The notes below the pieces were generated by a model that was not told where the DNA came from, did not search any database, and was given only the letters and a program-made list of their open reading frames with translations. Shown piece after piece: positions 62,558 to 64,000 of a stretch of 64,000 bases of DNA. This DNA comes from the human T2T-CHM13v2.0 reference genome, Homo sapiens. The position numbers were made by a program, and so were the translations under genes. The stretch's first letter is position 1. Every line of letters begins with the position of its first letter. Where the stretch lies: the NCBI RefSeq assembly GCF_009914755.1, contig NC_060930.1; one strand, written 5' to 3'.

Positions 62558-63359
62558 TCAGATCATTCATTGAACATTCACTCATTCAGCAAATAACTAT
62601 TGATAGCCCATTAAGTGCCAGACAATTGTGGACACATGTGATAACTGCCTTAGGTACACACACCTAATACATACTCTTCTGAACAACCTCTATTCTCCCC
62701 AATTGACTCTCTACTTGCCTTTCTCCCCTATCAGGTTACAAGCTCCACAAGGCTGTATAATGTTTAAAATAAAATATAAGGTTGACAAATAGGTAGTCAC
62801 AGCCTCTGCTCTCTCTCCCTCAAAGAGAAGTATGCCTTTATAATCTCAATTTTGAACACAGCTTGACTGATGTATTATGGAATGGGCTGAGTAGAAAAAA
62901 AAAATAGCTGCTAAAAGAACTGCGGGAGAGTTGATATTTGGTGGGAGAGAAACTGGTTTAAGGGAGAGCGTTTGAGGTCTGCTCTATACTGTGACAAAGA
63001 ATCAAAAAAGGTAAGTTGATGAAGATAATTTTTCTTAAGTTTTGCTGTTATAACGAAACCTTCTGCTTCTCTAGAGACTAAAAACTTAAATGGTTTGTCA
63101 ATTATTTGTCAATGTTGGGATCTGTGTTTTCTTCGTTATCAAAATTAAAACTAGGCCCTGAGTGAGCTCATCTTTATGCAAGTTACAGTATCTGAATAGG
63201 GAAAGTGTCAGTGGAACGAAGTGGATAAATTCAAGAAATATTCAGTTAGTAGAATGGTAAGACACATGGCCAAAGACATTTGGGAATTAAGAGAGCAAGG
63301 GAAAGCTAAAGAAAGAACAATTAGAAATGGGACAGTAAAGCCATTCACTGAAATAGTTA

Positions 63360-63797
<438 letters not shown>

Positions 63798-63799
63798 CT

Positions 63800-64000
63800 A
63801 GAGGAAGCCTGTAAAAGAGAAAAAGAAACGAAGACTAGATGGGAGAAATACATAACACATAGCAAGATGGTACTCAAATATATCAATAATTAAATGTAAA
63901 TGGTCTCAAGACACAAATTAAAAGGCAGAGATTGTCAGGCTGGTTTAAAAAGAAAGAATCAATTCCAGTCTATGTACAAGAAACCTATTTTAAAGATAAA
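63800..64000 (+). mobile_element. Old L1M, start of ORF2 region (runs off the window)
   Basis: taaatgtaaatggtct...attaaaaggcagagattgtcag motif. Confidence 0.65.

Overview
Human genomic DNA (Alu/L1/MIR/L2-rich, AT-rich), apparently all inside EPB41L2 (protein 4.1G), which is transcribed on the minus strand. Only two coding exons are supported: the start-codon exon (29930-29425: 14-nt UTR + 492 coding nt) and the next exon (28748-28536, 213 nt), which ends just inside the FERM domain. The rest is intron filled with interspersed repeats, and the other listed ORFs are repeat-derived or chance. Best leads: (1) both exons end in phase 0 and are bracketed by oppositely oriented Alus, so a 719-nt back-spliced circle would carry a 240-aa ORF from the native AUG to a junction-created C-terminus (HKLWP) whose stop overlaps the start codon (AUGA); (2) a near-consensus AluYb8 with a perfect TSD, possibly polymorphic and able to compete for the Alu pairing that would drive the circle; (3) an antisense ERV1 solo LTR with a perfect NF-kB site and a weakened polyA signal; (4) inverted Alus 50 nt apart with a G-quadruplex spacer. 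Repeat subfamily names are by eye and boundaries of old repeats are approximate. There is no CRISPR, rRNA, tRNA or prokaryote-like system.
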